Positions 55,314 to 63,238 of a stretch of DNA of 64,000 bases are shown piece after piece. The translations under genes and the position numbers were made by a program. The stretch is from Vicinamibacterales bacterium. Its GTDB lineage: Bacteria; Acidobacteriota; Vicinamibacteria; Vicinamibacterales; 2-12-FULL-66-21. The stretch's first letter is position 1, and every line of letters starts with the position of its first letter. The notes under the pieces were generated by a model. That model did no database searches. It saw nothing but the letters and a program-made list of their open reading frames with translations, and was not told the origin of the DNA. The stretch lies in the NCBI GenBank assembly GCA_035758845.1, contig DASTVZ010000178.1:34713-98712 (forward strand), read 5' to 3'.

Positions 55314-56120
55314 ATGTGTTTAGAGGGTGGTCAAGACAACGAGCGGGGCTACGCCATGGCGGCGCTGCTCGTGAGCCTTGCCGTGATGATGGTGCTCATG
55401 TCCGTCGCGATGCCCGTCTGGAAGACACAGGCGCAGCGCGAGAAGGAAGCGGAACTCATTTTTCGCGGTGAACAGATTGCGCGGGGGATCAATCTTTATA
55501 TGCGGAAGATGGGCGGAGCCAGCTATCCGCCAAGTCTTGACGTCCTGGTGCAAGGCCGTTTCCTTCGAAAGAAATACAAGGATCCCATGACGGAAAATGA
55601 CACCTCGCTGCCGATGAATCAGCGTGGCGAATGGGACATTGTCAATGCTGCGGGCGGCGTGCCTGGCCAAGGAGGTGCTTCGCCGCAGCAGCCCGGCGGA
55701 CGTGGCCGCGCGGGTGCCCCCGCGACCGGCCTGAGTGCTCCACCGTCGCCACGGTCGGGAATAGGGTCTCCCACAGGATCGCCAGGGCCCTCGCTCGGTG
55801 GACAGACGGCAGTCGGCGGAATGATGGGTGTCCGCAGCAAGAGTAAGGAATCGTCCTTCAAGATCTACAAAGGAACAGGCACGCATTACAACGAGTGGCT
55901 GTTCCTCTTCAGCACGGTGAGCAACCGGCCCGGCGCCCCCGGCGGAGGCCAGCCCGTTCCGGGAATGCCGGGGCGGGGGGGGCCAGGACAACGCGGCGCC
56001 CCCGTTCCCGGCATGGGCCCGGGACGCGGCATCAACATCGGGCCTGACGGTGGCCGCGGGCCACGCGGCTTCGGACCGGGTCCGGTGCAGCCTGGTGTTC
56101 AGCGCGGGCGCGGCCAATAG
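55314..56120 (+). CDS. GspG-like pseudopilin paralogue with a degenerate prepilin signal and a Gly/Pro/Arg-rich C-terminal tail
   Basis: Hydrophobic N-terminal helix (GYAMAALLVSLAVMMVLMSVAMPVW), then a GspG-core-like segment (GEQIARGINLYMRKMGGASYPPSLDVLVQGRFLRKKYKDPMT). The upstream part of the track ORF (from 54924) is antisense to the Ig/PKD gene. Confidence 0.55.
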   Translation: MCLEGGQDNERGYAMAALLVSLAVMMVLMSVAMPVWKTQAQREKEAELIFRGEQIARGINLYMRKMGGASYPPSLDVLVQGRFLRKKYKDPMTENDTSLPMNQRGEWDIVNAAGGVPGQGGASPQQPGGRGRAGAPATGLSAPPSPRSGIGSPTGSPGPSLGGQTAVGGMMGVRSKSKESSFKIYKGTGTHYNEWLFLFSTVSNRPGAPGGGQPVPGMPGRGGPGQRGAPVPGMGPGRGINIGPDGGRGPRGFGPGPVQPGVQRGRGQ

Positions 56121-56178
56121 AGTCATCCGGACTTGAGACGGCTGGCGCCTGCGGGTCGGCCGAGTAGAATTTGTCCAG

Positions 56179-57624
56179 ATGCCGCCGCCCCATACTGATC
56201 CTTCCCTGTCCACTTCCAACACATCCACCGATCGCGGCCTGGTCCGAGGGATAGGCCTCTGGCAGGCCACGGCGCTGAACATGATCGACATGATCGGCGT
56301 CGGACCATTCGTCACGATCCCGCTCATGGTTGCCACCATGCACGGACCGCAAGCGATGGTTGGCTGGATCCTCGGCGCGTTACTCGTGGTGTGCGACGGC
56401 CTCGTGTGGGCCGAGCTCGGCGCCGCGCTGCCGCATGCAGGCGGTCCGGTTCGATACCTGCGCGCGATGTACGGTCCTCGTGTTGGAGGCTGGCTCGCAT
56501 TCCTGTTCGTCTTTCAGTTGACCTTCAGCGCACCGTTGTCGATGGCCTCCGGATGTATCGGCTTTGCGCAGTACGCCGAATATCTGTGGCCCGCGCTGCA
56601 CGACACGATCACGGCACAACGCATTCCGTTGTCGATCCCGGGCGTCGGGACGACGTTCATGGAAATCACGATTACCAAGGGAACATTCCTGGCAATGGCG
56701 ACCGTTGCCACCGCCGTGATCCTGTTGTATCGGCGCATCACCATCATCGGCAGGCTCGGCGCTCTCCTCTGGGTCGGCGTAATCGGGACGACGCTCGCGA
56801 TCATTTTCTCGGGACTGACGCACTTCAGTCCGTCGCAGGCATTTTCGTTTCCGCCGGGAGCCTGGGAGCCGACGCACGCGTTCTTTACCGGCCTCGGCGC
56901 CGCCCTCTTGATTGCCATCTACGACTACTGGGGCTATTACAACGTGTGTTATCTCGGCGGCGAGATCACAAATCCCGGCCGCGTCATCCCGCGCGCCATT
57001 CTTCTCTCGATCGCGGGCGTGGCGTTTCTCTACCTCACGATGAACCTGTCGATCCTCGGCGCCATGCCGTGGCAGGAGGTCGAGAAGTCACGGTTCATCG
57101 CGTCCGACTTCATGGCGCGCATCTGGGGTCCGGAGACCGGCGCGCTCGTGACGCTGATGATGCTGTGGACGGCGTTCGCCTCTGTTTTCTCGCTGCTCCT
57201 CGGCTACTCGCGGGTGCCTTACGCGGCCGCGCTCGAAGGGGATTACTTCAAGGTCTTCGCCCGCGTCCACCCGAAGCATCACTTCCCTCACGTCTCGCTC
57301 CTGTGGCTCGGGACGATGGCCGCGATCTTCTGCCTGTTCAAGCTTGCCGACGTTGTCACCGCGCTCGTGGTGATCAGGATCTCCACGCAGTTCCTCGCAC
57401 AGACGATCGGGGTCATGGTCCTGCGCCGGCGCGAGCCGGACCTGCCGCGTCCATTCCGGATGTGGCTCTACCCCATTCCAGCGGTGCTCGCGTTCCTCGG
57501 ATTCATCTATGTGATCGTGATGCGACCGAAATCGTTGGAATCGATTCGGTTGGCGATCGTGGTGATTATCGTCGGGACGCTACTGTTTTGGATCAGAAGG
57601 CGTTTTGCGAAGCGCATGACTTAA
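56179..57624 (+). CDS. APC-superfamily amino acid permease
   Basis: 481 aa, 12 or more TM segments, and an N-terminal IGVGPFVTIPL motif typical of APC transporters. Confidence 0.88.
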   Translation: MPPPHTDPSLSTSNTSTDRGLVRGIGLWQATALNMIDMIGVGPFVTIPLMVATMHGPQAMVGWILGALLVVCDGLVWAELGAALPHAGGPVRYLRAMYGPRVGGWLAFLFVFQLTFSAPLSMASGCIGFAQYAEYLWPALHDTITAQRIPLSIPGVGTTFMEITITKGTFLAMATVATAVILLYRRITIIGRLGALLWVGVIGTTLAIIFSGLTHFSPSQAFSFPPGAWEPTHAFFTGLGAALLIAIYDYWGYYNVCYLGGEITNPGRVIPRAILLSIAGVAFLYLTMNLSILGAMPWQEVEKSRFIASDFMARIWGPETGALVTLMMLWTAFASVFSLLLGYSRVPYAAALEGDYFKVFARVHPKHHFPHVSLLWLGTMAAIFCLFKLADVVTALVVIRISTQFLAQTIGVMVLRRREPDLPRPFRMWLYPIPAVLAFLGFIYVIVMRPKSLESIRLAIVVIIVGTLLFWIRRRFAKRMT

Positions 57625-57628
57625 ACAA

Positions 57629-57706
57629 GAGAAACGGGAAAGGAGAGATATTTTCTTGGTGCTCTAAAAATCAAAAACTCTCGTTTCTCCAGTTTCTCCT
57701 GTTTTT
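57629..57706 (+). terminator. candidate factor-independent terminator between convergent genes (long imperfect stem, AT-rich loop, T5 run)
   Basis: 57629-57647 pairs with 57678-57698 (with a 2-nt bulge), followed by TTTTT at 57702-57706. Begins 5 nt after the permease stop. Confidence 0.5.
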
Positions 57707-57716
57707 GATGGTGACG

Positions 57717-58118
57717 TTACCAATCTGAGTAGGAAGTGCCGTCGAGACCCGTACCAGGCGCGCCGCTCTTTATGTTGTAAATCCCAGGATCGCCCGATGT
57801 ATTTCCGGGCTCGGGTTCAGCCGGGACCGTCTGCCAGGTGTCGGCCGACTTGGTGATCGGATCTTCTGGAATCGCGCGCATGTAGCCGTCGCTGACAAGC
57901 GCGTCGAGGGAGGCGGGGTACTTCGCCTTGTCGGCGTAGTACTGATCGATCGCGTCGCGCATGCGGAAGAGATCGGTGCGAAGCGTCGCTTCTTTCGCGC
58001 TCTGGACGGAGTTGCGGTACTGCACGACCCCCATCGTCGCGAGGATTGAGATCAGCGCGATGACGATGAGCAGTTCGATCAGCGTGAACCCGCCGGCGCC
58101 CCGTTTCCTGTCGTTCAT
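57717..58118 (-). CDS. type II secretion pseudopilin GspG-like (prepilin-type N-terminal cleavage/methylation domain)
   Basis: Leader MNDRKRGAGG followed by FTLIELLIVIALISILA. GspG core (AIDQYYADKAKYPASLDALVSDGYMRAIPEDP). C-terminal LDGTSYSDW. Confidence 0.85.
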   Translation of the reverse strand: MNDRKRGAGGFTLIELLIVIALISILATMGVVQYRNSVQSAKEATLRTDLFRMRDAIDQYYADKAKYPASLDALVSDGYMRAIPEDPITKSADTWQTVPAEPEPGNTSGDPGIYNIKSGAPGTGLDGTSYSDW

Positions 58119-58167
58119 ACGTCCTACTATCTGCCCTGCGCGCGTTTCTCCCGCGAGTCGAATGGCC

Positions 58168-58635
58168 CTACCAGTCGCGATACTTGGTTCCGTCGAGCGC
58201 TGTGCCTTCTGCCTTGGTGTAAACGTCGTACACGTTGCCGCCGCCCCACGACGTCGAATCCGGTTTGTCGCCGTAGGCCCGCATTCCCCACTCCGTCGAT
58301 TTCGTCATCGGGTCCTGGGGAATGCGGCGAAGGAACTTCAGCTTGCGGCCGGACGCATCGTTTGCCACCGAGACGCCCTCGACGAGCGTTTCGAGATCCG
58401 GCGGATATCCCTCGCTGCCGACTTTGACGTCGACCGATCCAATGAGCCCGTTGTCGACCGAATCCTTGTACTTGTCGATCGCCAGTCGTATCTCGCGAAG
58501 CGCGCGATGCAACTCGATTTCGCGCTGACGCTGAACCGTGACCCGCGCAAGCGGCATCGCGGCCGTAGCAAGGATCAAGAGGATCGTCGTGACGACGAGG
58601 AGTTCGATGAAGGTGAAGCCCTTCGCCCCTCGCAC
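58168..58635 (-). CDS. type II secretion pseudopilin GspG-like, second copy
   Basis: KG followed by FTFIELLVVTTILLILA, and a C-terminal LDGTKYRDW. I prefer GTG 58635 (leader MRGAKG). The track start at 58680 adds a (RVP)n extension encoded by a 9-nt repeat. Confidence 0.8.
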   Translation of the reverse strand: MRGAKGFTFIELLVVTTILLILATAAMPLARVTVQRQREIELHRALREIRLAIDKYKDSVDNGLIGSVDVKVGSEGYPPDLETLVEGVSVANDASGRKLKFLRRIPQDPMTKSTEWGMRAYGDKPDSTSWGGGNVYDVYTKAEGTALDGTKYRDW

Positions 58636-58682
58636 CCCTGGCACTCTTGGCACCCGCGGCACCCGTAGCACCCAATTCACAT

Positions 58683-61214
58683 CTACCTCACCATCACATT
58701 CACCGGGCTGAACTGCAGGTTGATCGCCGCACCCTCGGGTGTGCTCGCGACGCCGCTCACCTGAATCACCGACCCGCCGGGACCGATGGCGTCGAAGATG
58801 AGTGCGGCGAGCAGTCCAGTGCCTGATGCGCCGGCCTGATCGGCTGTTCGTGTAATCGCGATGTCGATTCGACCCGACGCCGCGTCGATCCGCGGCGTGA
58901 AAGACGTCGCGACGCCCCCCTGCCGCATGAACGTGCCGTCCTGAGCCGTGCGTACGCGAAGCACGTTCGGGTTGTAGGTCACCGTCAGCGTCATCACCGA
59001 GAGACGGGCCACGTTGTTGATCGAGACCGGCACCGTATATGGACCACCGGCAACGCGGAACTCGGTCCCTGGTGGCGTGACGATCACTTGCGCGGTTGTT
59101 GCAGCGGGGGGAGTGGCCGTCCCCGGTGCCGCTGCAGGAGTCGGCGAGACGTCTCGTGGCGGCGTCGTGGGCGCAGCAACTCCACCCGGCGGCGGCGTCA
59201 CTGGCGCAATACCACCAGGCGTGGTGACGGGCGGTGCACCACCCGGTGCCGTGGCGGGCGGAGCCCCCGGCAGCGGCGTCACTAGTGTCGGTACGGGCGA
59301 CGTCCCCGGCGGCGCCGGGAAGTTAGTCGGCGGCACTCCGCCTTCGGGATTTGCCGTGGACCGTGGAACACCCGGAACGGTTCCCGGCTGCGTGCCGCCC
59401 GCTGGCGGCGCCCCTCCCGGAGCAGTTCCGGGTGGTGGATTATCTGGCCCGGGTTGCGGGGCGATGAGTGGCGGCGGACCGCCAAGGCCGACGTTCTGCT
59501 GCGTGCCGATGTAGATCGACGACAGATCTTCCACCGTGAGTTCGTGAGTGCGGACGATGTGCGGCGTCAGCAGCATGACGATGTCTGACTGGTTGATTTC
59601 GTCGTTGGTGGATCCGAAGAGGGACCGGAGAATGGGGGTCTTGGTGATGCCTGGGAAACCTGTCAGGATCTTGCGCTGCTCGTCGCGGAGCAACCCCGCG
59701 AGCAACGTCGACTCCCCTTCGCGCAATCGAAGCTTCGTCGTGACCTTGCGCGAACTGAACGACGGCACGTCCTGCCCGGCCACACTGATGCTTGGTCCAA
59801 GCGCGCTGCTCTCCAGCATGAAGGCATCGAGCACGATCTCCCCTTCGTAGGTCACACGCGGGGTCATTTCGAGATTGACGCCGACGTCTTTGTAGTTGAA
59901 CGACGACTGCGGGGTCGTCGCCAGCCCTCCGGGCACGGCGGCGCCGAAGACGGTCGACAGCACCGGAATCTGATCGCCGAGGTTCAGCGTCAGTTTGGTC
60001 CCTTCAGCGCCGCGAAGCTGCGGCTTCGCGATCACTTTCGTGCGGGAGTCGGTCTCGAGGAACTTGATGACCGCCGCCGGCACGCTGAGGTAGAAGTCCG
60101 CGGTACTGATTCCCTGTGAGATGGTGTTGAGATTGAAGGGCGGCGGCTGTGTTGGCGCGCTCGGCAAGGTATTCGGCGTGTTCGGAGGAGCCACTTCCGG
60201 CGAGAACGTCAGGCCCAACGCATAGGCGCTGAGATTCAGCCCGAGATCCTTCGTTCGCTTGCGATTCACCTCGAGGATCTGGACATCGACGATCACCTCG
60301 GCGCGCGGCTTGTCGTTGGCCTTGATGATCCGTTCGATGACGTCCATGACCGGAGCCGTCGCGCGCACGGTCAACGTGTTCGCCGTCTTGTTCTGCAGCA
60401 CCGTCGGCTGCACCGGCATCGTCGGGACACGCATGATCGTGTTGATGATCTGCGAGATTTCCGCCACGTCCGCGTGCGAGATGAAGAAGACCTTGACGAC
60501 GAGGTCGTCGTATTGGGCGTGCTTCTGCGCGTTATCGGGAACGATGATGATCGTCTTCGGATTCAGAACCTTGTAAAAGAACTGATTCGCCGCCGTGACC
60601 TGCTGCAGCGCCTGTTCGAGCGTGACGTCTTCGAGCCGTACGGTGTAGGCCTTGTCTTGATATTGCTGGTCGTAGGTGACGTTAATTCCCGTCGCGCTGC
60701 CGATGAAGTTCAGGATGTCGCGAACGCTGGCGTTCGGCCCGAAGCTGACGACCGGCAGTGGCGACGTCGGATTGAGCAGCGGCGTACTCGCCCGTCGCGC
60801 TTCCTCGCGCTGTCTCTCGATGGGCGGCTTTGGACGCAACGCCTCAATGCGATCGCGAATAGTCTTCTCGAGCTCGACGCTCTTTGCCGCCGCAAGGCGA
60901 TTCGAGGGATCAATGTCGAGCGCGCGCTTGTACTGGAGAAGCGCGGCGTCGAGCTGATCCGCCTGTTCCAGTTCGTGCGCGCGGCTCAAATGCTCGCGCG
61001 ACGCAGTCTGGACCGCCCGTTCGAGCGCGATCTTGTATTCGGCCTTGTTCGGGCTCTCCTGGACTGCCGTCGTGTAGTGCGTGACGGCAGCGTCCCAGTC
61101 GCCAACACGCGACGCCTCCTGCCCTTGACGGTACGCGCGTCCGGCAGCACATCCCGAGACGCACATCGCAAGAACGATTGCAATTGCAATCCTGTGCTTC
61201 ACCAACACCGCCAC
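58683..61214 (-). CDS. secretin (GspD/PilQ family) with an N-terminal lipidated TPR module and a C-terminal Pro-rich linker plus cohesin-like domain
   Basis: Lipobox VSGC. TPR-like helices at residues ~25-115. Secretin_N-type domains. Secretin core (GVNLEMTPRV...GFPGITKTPILRSLFG...VMLLTPHIV). A Pro/Gly/Thr linker of about 110 aa. The terminal ~140 aa beta-domain resembles cohesin (YTVPVSINNVARLSVMTLTVTYNPNVL...GTGLLAALIFDAIGPGG). Confidence 0.88.
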   Translation of the reverse strand: MAVLVKHRIAIAIVLAMCVSGCAAGRAYRQGQEASRVGDWDAAVTHYTTAVQESPNKAEYKIALERAVQTASREHLSRAHELEQADQLDAALLQYKRALDIDPSNRLAAAKSVELEKTIRDRIEALRPKPPIERQREEARRASTPLLNPTSPLPVVSFGPNASVRDILNFIGSATGINVTYDQQYQDKAYTVRLEDVTLEQALQQVTAANQFFYKVLNPKTIIIVPDNAQKHAQYDDLVVKVFFISHADVAEISQIINTIMRVPTMPVQPTVLQNKTANTLTVRATAPVMDVIERIIKANDKPRAEVIVDVQILEVNRKRTKDLGLNLSAYALGLTFSPEVAPPNTPNTLPSAPTQPPPFNLNTISQGISTADFYLSVPAAVIKFLETDSRTKVIAKPQLRGAEGTKLTLNLGDQIPVLSTVFGAAVPGGLATTPQSSFNYKDVGVNLEMTPRVTYEGEIVLDAFMLESSALGPSISVAGQDVPSFSSRKVTTKLRLREGESTLLAGLLRDEQRKILTGFPGITKTPILRSLFGSTNDEINQSDIVMLLTPHIVRTHELTVEDLSSIYIGTQQNVGLGGPPPLIAPQPGPDNPPPGTAPGGAPPAGGTQPGTVPGVPRSTANPEGGVPPTNFPAPPGTSPVPTLVTPLPGAPPATAPGGAPPVTTPGGIAPVTPPPGGVAAPTTPPRDVSPTPAAAPGTATPPAATTAQVIVTPPGTEFRVAGGPYTVPVSINNVARLSVMTLTVTYNPNVLRVRTAQDGTFMRQGGVATSFTPRIDAASGRIDIAITRTADQAGASGTGLLAALIFDAIGPGGSVIQVSGVASTPEGAAINLQFSPVNVMVR

Positions 61215-61387
61215 CCCATCTTTAGATCCGAGGGGCTTCGCCCCTCGGACTCCCCTTCACGCTCTCTCGCGAGCCGCTTCGTCGGCTCGCTCCGTTCGCG
61301 TGGCTCGCTTCGCTGCGCTCGCGTCTTTCTTCGCCGCTCTTGCCTCGCCATAGCAAGTGTCATCCTACGATGGCGAGACGAGTCGGG

Positions 61388-61975
61388 TTATTTCCCGACG
61401 CACTCCTGACCGGACAGCCGAATCGTTTGCCGGCCACGGCCGTCGACATACTCCATGACCACCGACTCGACGCCAATCTTCACGAGTCGATACTGACCTG
61501 AGATGATGTCCCCCTCGCGACCGCGCATAGTACTCCGACAATCACTGAATGCCGCCAACTTTCCACCACCCTTTTCCTCCAACAGCCCGATGTACTTTAA
61601 CGGGATGGCCGGCGGAGGCGGCGGTGGGGGCGGCACCGTCGACTCCGGCGTCGGCGGCGGCTCTGGCTTCGGCTGCGGCGGCGGAGGTGGCGGCGGCGGC
61701 TTCACGTAGAACCGAAACGGGTTCCGCTCGCTCGACTCGGCGTCCGGACGCGGCTCGCTCAGCGCCTTCAGGTGCACCTCGAGATCCCCCGGCTGCACAC
61801 TCTCGACGGTCTTCCCCCTCTGTGTCGCCCGGGGATTAGACGGTGCGGGTCCGGGCGCGGCTGGCTTTCCTACGGGCAGCCACGAGATCAGCGCCACGGC
61901 AACAACGATCGCCAAGGCGACGAGGAGCCACGGTCTCGGCCGGCCCGAAGGGCGGGTTGACGCGTCAGTTTCCAT
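61388..61975 (-). CDS. PilP-like / GspC-HR-like pilus assembly protein with a poly-Pro linker
   Basis: One TM (PWLLVALAIVVAVALISWL), runs of Pro, and a C-terminal beta-domain (LKYIGLLEEKGGGKLAAFSD...GDIISGQYRLVKIGVESVVMEY) like the PilP fold pattern. The start is ambiguous (61975 or 62017). Confidence 0.5.
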   Translation of the reverse strand: METDASTRPSGRPRPWLLVALAIVVAVALISWLPVGKPAAPGPAPSNPRATQRGKTVESVQPGDLEVHLKALSEPRPDAESSERNPFRFYVKPPPPPPPPQPKPEPPPTPESTVPPPPPPPPAIPLKYIGLLEEKGGGKLAAFSDCRSTMRGREGDIISGQYRLVKIGVESVVMEYVDGRGRQTIRLSGQECVGK

Positions 61976-62540
61976 TCGCTCCGGTCCGGTAGTACGTGGC
62001 GATGTCGACGCTGACATTCAACCCGCGATTTTCAATCTCGCTCTGGGTAAGCTCGACATTTTCGAGGACGAGAAATTCCGGGGCGGTTTCCAGCTCATGG
62101 ATGAAGCGACGGATGTTCCGGTACTCACCCGATAGCGACGCCCGATACGTGAACTTCACCAGCTGACTATCCCGCTGCGGTTGCGGATCGGACGTCTCGC
62201 GCTCGAGTCGCAGATTGGACTTTTGCGCCAGCTGCTCGATCCGAAGAAACGTCGCCCGTCGTGCGGCGCTCAAATCCGGCGGCAACACGTCGCTGTAGAA
62301 CTTCTGCAGCTCCTGATCGGCCTGTCCTTTTCCTGTTACCGTCGCGCGCGCCGCGTCGTAATCACGTTTCGCGGCATGGAGCGCGGTCGTTGCCGCCTTC
62401 GACTGCTGCTCCCCACCCGCCACTTTTTTCGACAGTGGATAGACCACAATCGCGAAGAGCGCGATGTTCACCACGAGTGCGATCACAATCGGCAGAATCA
62501 GTCTGCGCTTCTCGGCCAGCACACGACGCGCATCTGTCAT
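61965..62540 (-). CDS. PilO/GspM-like pilus assembly protein
   Basis: 191 aa. N-terminal TM, a coiled coil and a C-terminal ferredoxin-like part. Located between pilN-like and pilP-like genes, with an ATGA overlap with the pilN-like gene. Confidence 0.65.
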   Translation of the reverse strand: MTDARRVLAEKRRLILPIVIALVVNIALFAIVVYPLSKKVAGGEQQSKAATTALHAAKRDYDAARATVTGKGQADQELQKFYSDVLPPDLSAARRATFLRIEQLAQKSNLRLERETSDPQPQRDSQLVKFTYRASLSGEYRNIRRFIHELETAPEFLVLENVELTQSEIENRGLNVSVDIATYYRTGANGN

Positions 62541-63238
62541 TGCCGCCCCCGATCGCGCGGCACCTGAGGCGGCGGCGCATTTCCTGATGGCGGCTGACCG
62601 GCGCGGCCGGGCTCCGGGGTCGTCGGTGGTGTCGGATTGGTCGGAGCCGCGGGTGCAGCTTCCTGCGGCTTCGCTTCCGTCGCCGCGACATTTCCTACGT
62701 ACACGCTTTCAATTGTGGACCGCCGCAGCCCGTCGTCAGTGGTCTCGGTGGACGCCGGAACGGCGTCCTCGAAATAGCCGGTGGCCTCGAGCTTCTCCAT
62801 GAACTCGTCGATATCGGCAATCTGGCGACCGAGCACAATCATGGTGACGCGGGTGACACCATCCTTGAACGAAGGTCGAACCGATGTGAGCATCACGTCC
62901 GGCGGGATGGTCGCCTCGATCTGATTGAAGAACTCCGTCCACGAAAACGTCCGCTGATCGATCAACGCATTGGCTTCCTGCGCGGCGTTGACCACGAGCG
63001 TGAGTTCATCCTTATTGATCGTTCTCCGGATACGCAACGCCTCGGTACTCAACTTGGACGCTTCGTTTCGATCGGCGTTGGTGCGCGAAGACAGATCCGT
63101 GCTGTGCCGCGACAAGGTCACGATGCGACTGACATTCAGTACGGTGATCGCTAACACGATCAGCGCCGCGACCGCGAGCAGCAGGTGGATCGCGCGTTCG
63201 TTGTAAAAAGGGCGTGTCGCAAGGTTGGCGCGCAGCAT
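62537..63238 (-). CDS. PilN-like fimbrial assembly protein with a Pro-rich C-terminal tail
   Basis: N-terminal NLATRPFYNER followed by a TM segment, typical of the PilN family. Lies immediately downstream of pilM. Confidence 0.7.
   Translation of the reverse strand: MLRANLATRPFYNERAIHLLLAVAALIVLAITVLNVSRIVTLSRHSTDLSSRTNADRNEASKLSTEALRIRRTINKDELTLVVNAAQEANALIDQRTFSWTEFFNQIEATIPPDVMLTSVRPSFKDGVTRVTMIVLGRQIADIDEFMEKLEATGYFEDAVPASTETTDDGLRRSTIESVYVGNVAATEAKPQEAAPAAPTNPTPPTTPEPGRAGQPPSGNAPPPQVPRDRGRQ

Noticed and set aside
55313-55316. Divergent genes with overlapping start codons (CATG shared by the Ig/PKD gene and the pseudopilin-like gene)
   Set aside because: The Ig/PKD protein has a much better start 13 codons in (MKRSFAGLAVLCLIAALSLAVAC, signal peptide plus lipobox). 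The overlap is probably an ORF-extension artefact.
55320-57728. Large overlapping ORFs 55320-56339 (-) and 56391-57728 (+, out of frame with the permease)
   Set aside because: They overlap the pseudopilin-like gene and the APC permease, which have clear TM and family patterns. The alternatives are Arg/Pro-rich low-complexity translations.
58636-58682. Sigma-54 promoter (GG-N10-GC) upstream of the pseudopilin gene, read as GGGTGC-N5-GTGCC on the minus strand
   Set aside because: Only the GG/GC dinucleotide spacing fits. Both hexamers deviate from TGGCAC/TTGCW, and the match arises from the GCACCC nonamer repeat, which creates several equivalent pseudo-sites.
60474-61409. 311-aa + strand ORF across the secretin 5' region and spacer
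   Set aside because: It is antisense to the secretin N-terminal domains and runs through the hairpin spacer. It has no family resemblance.
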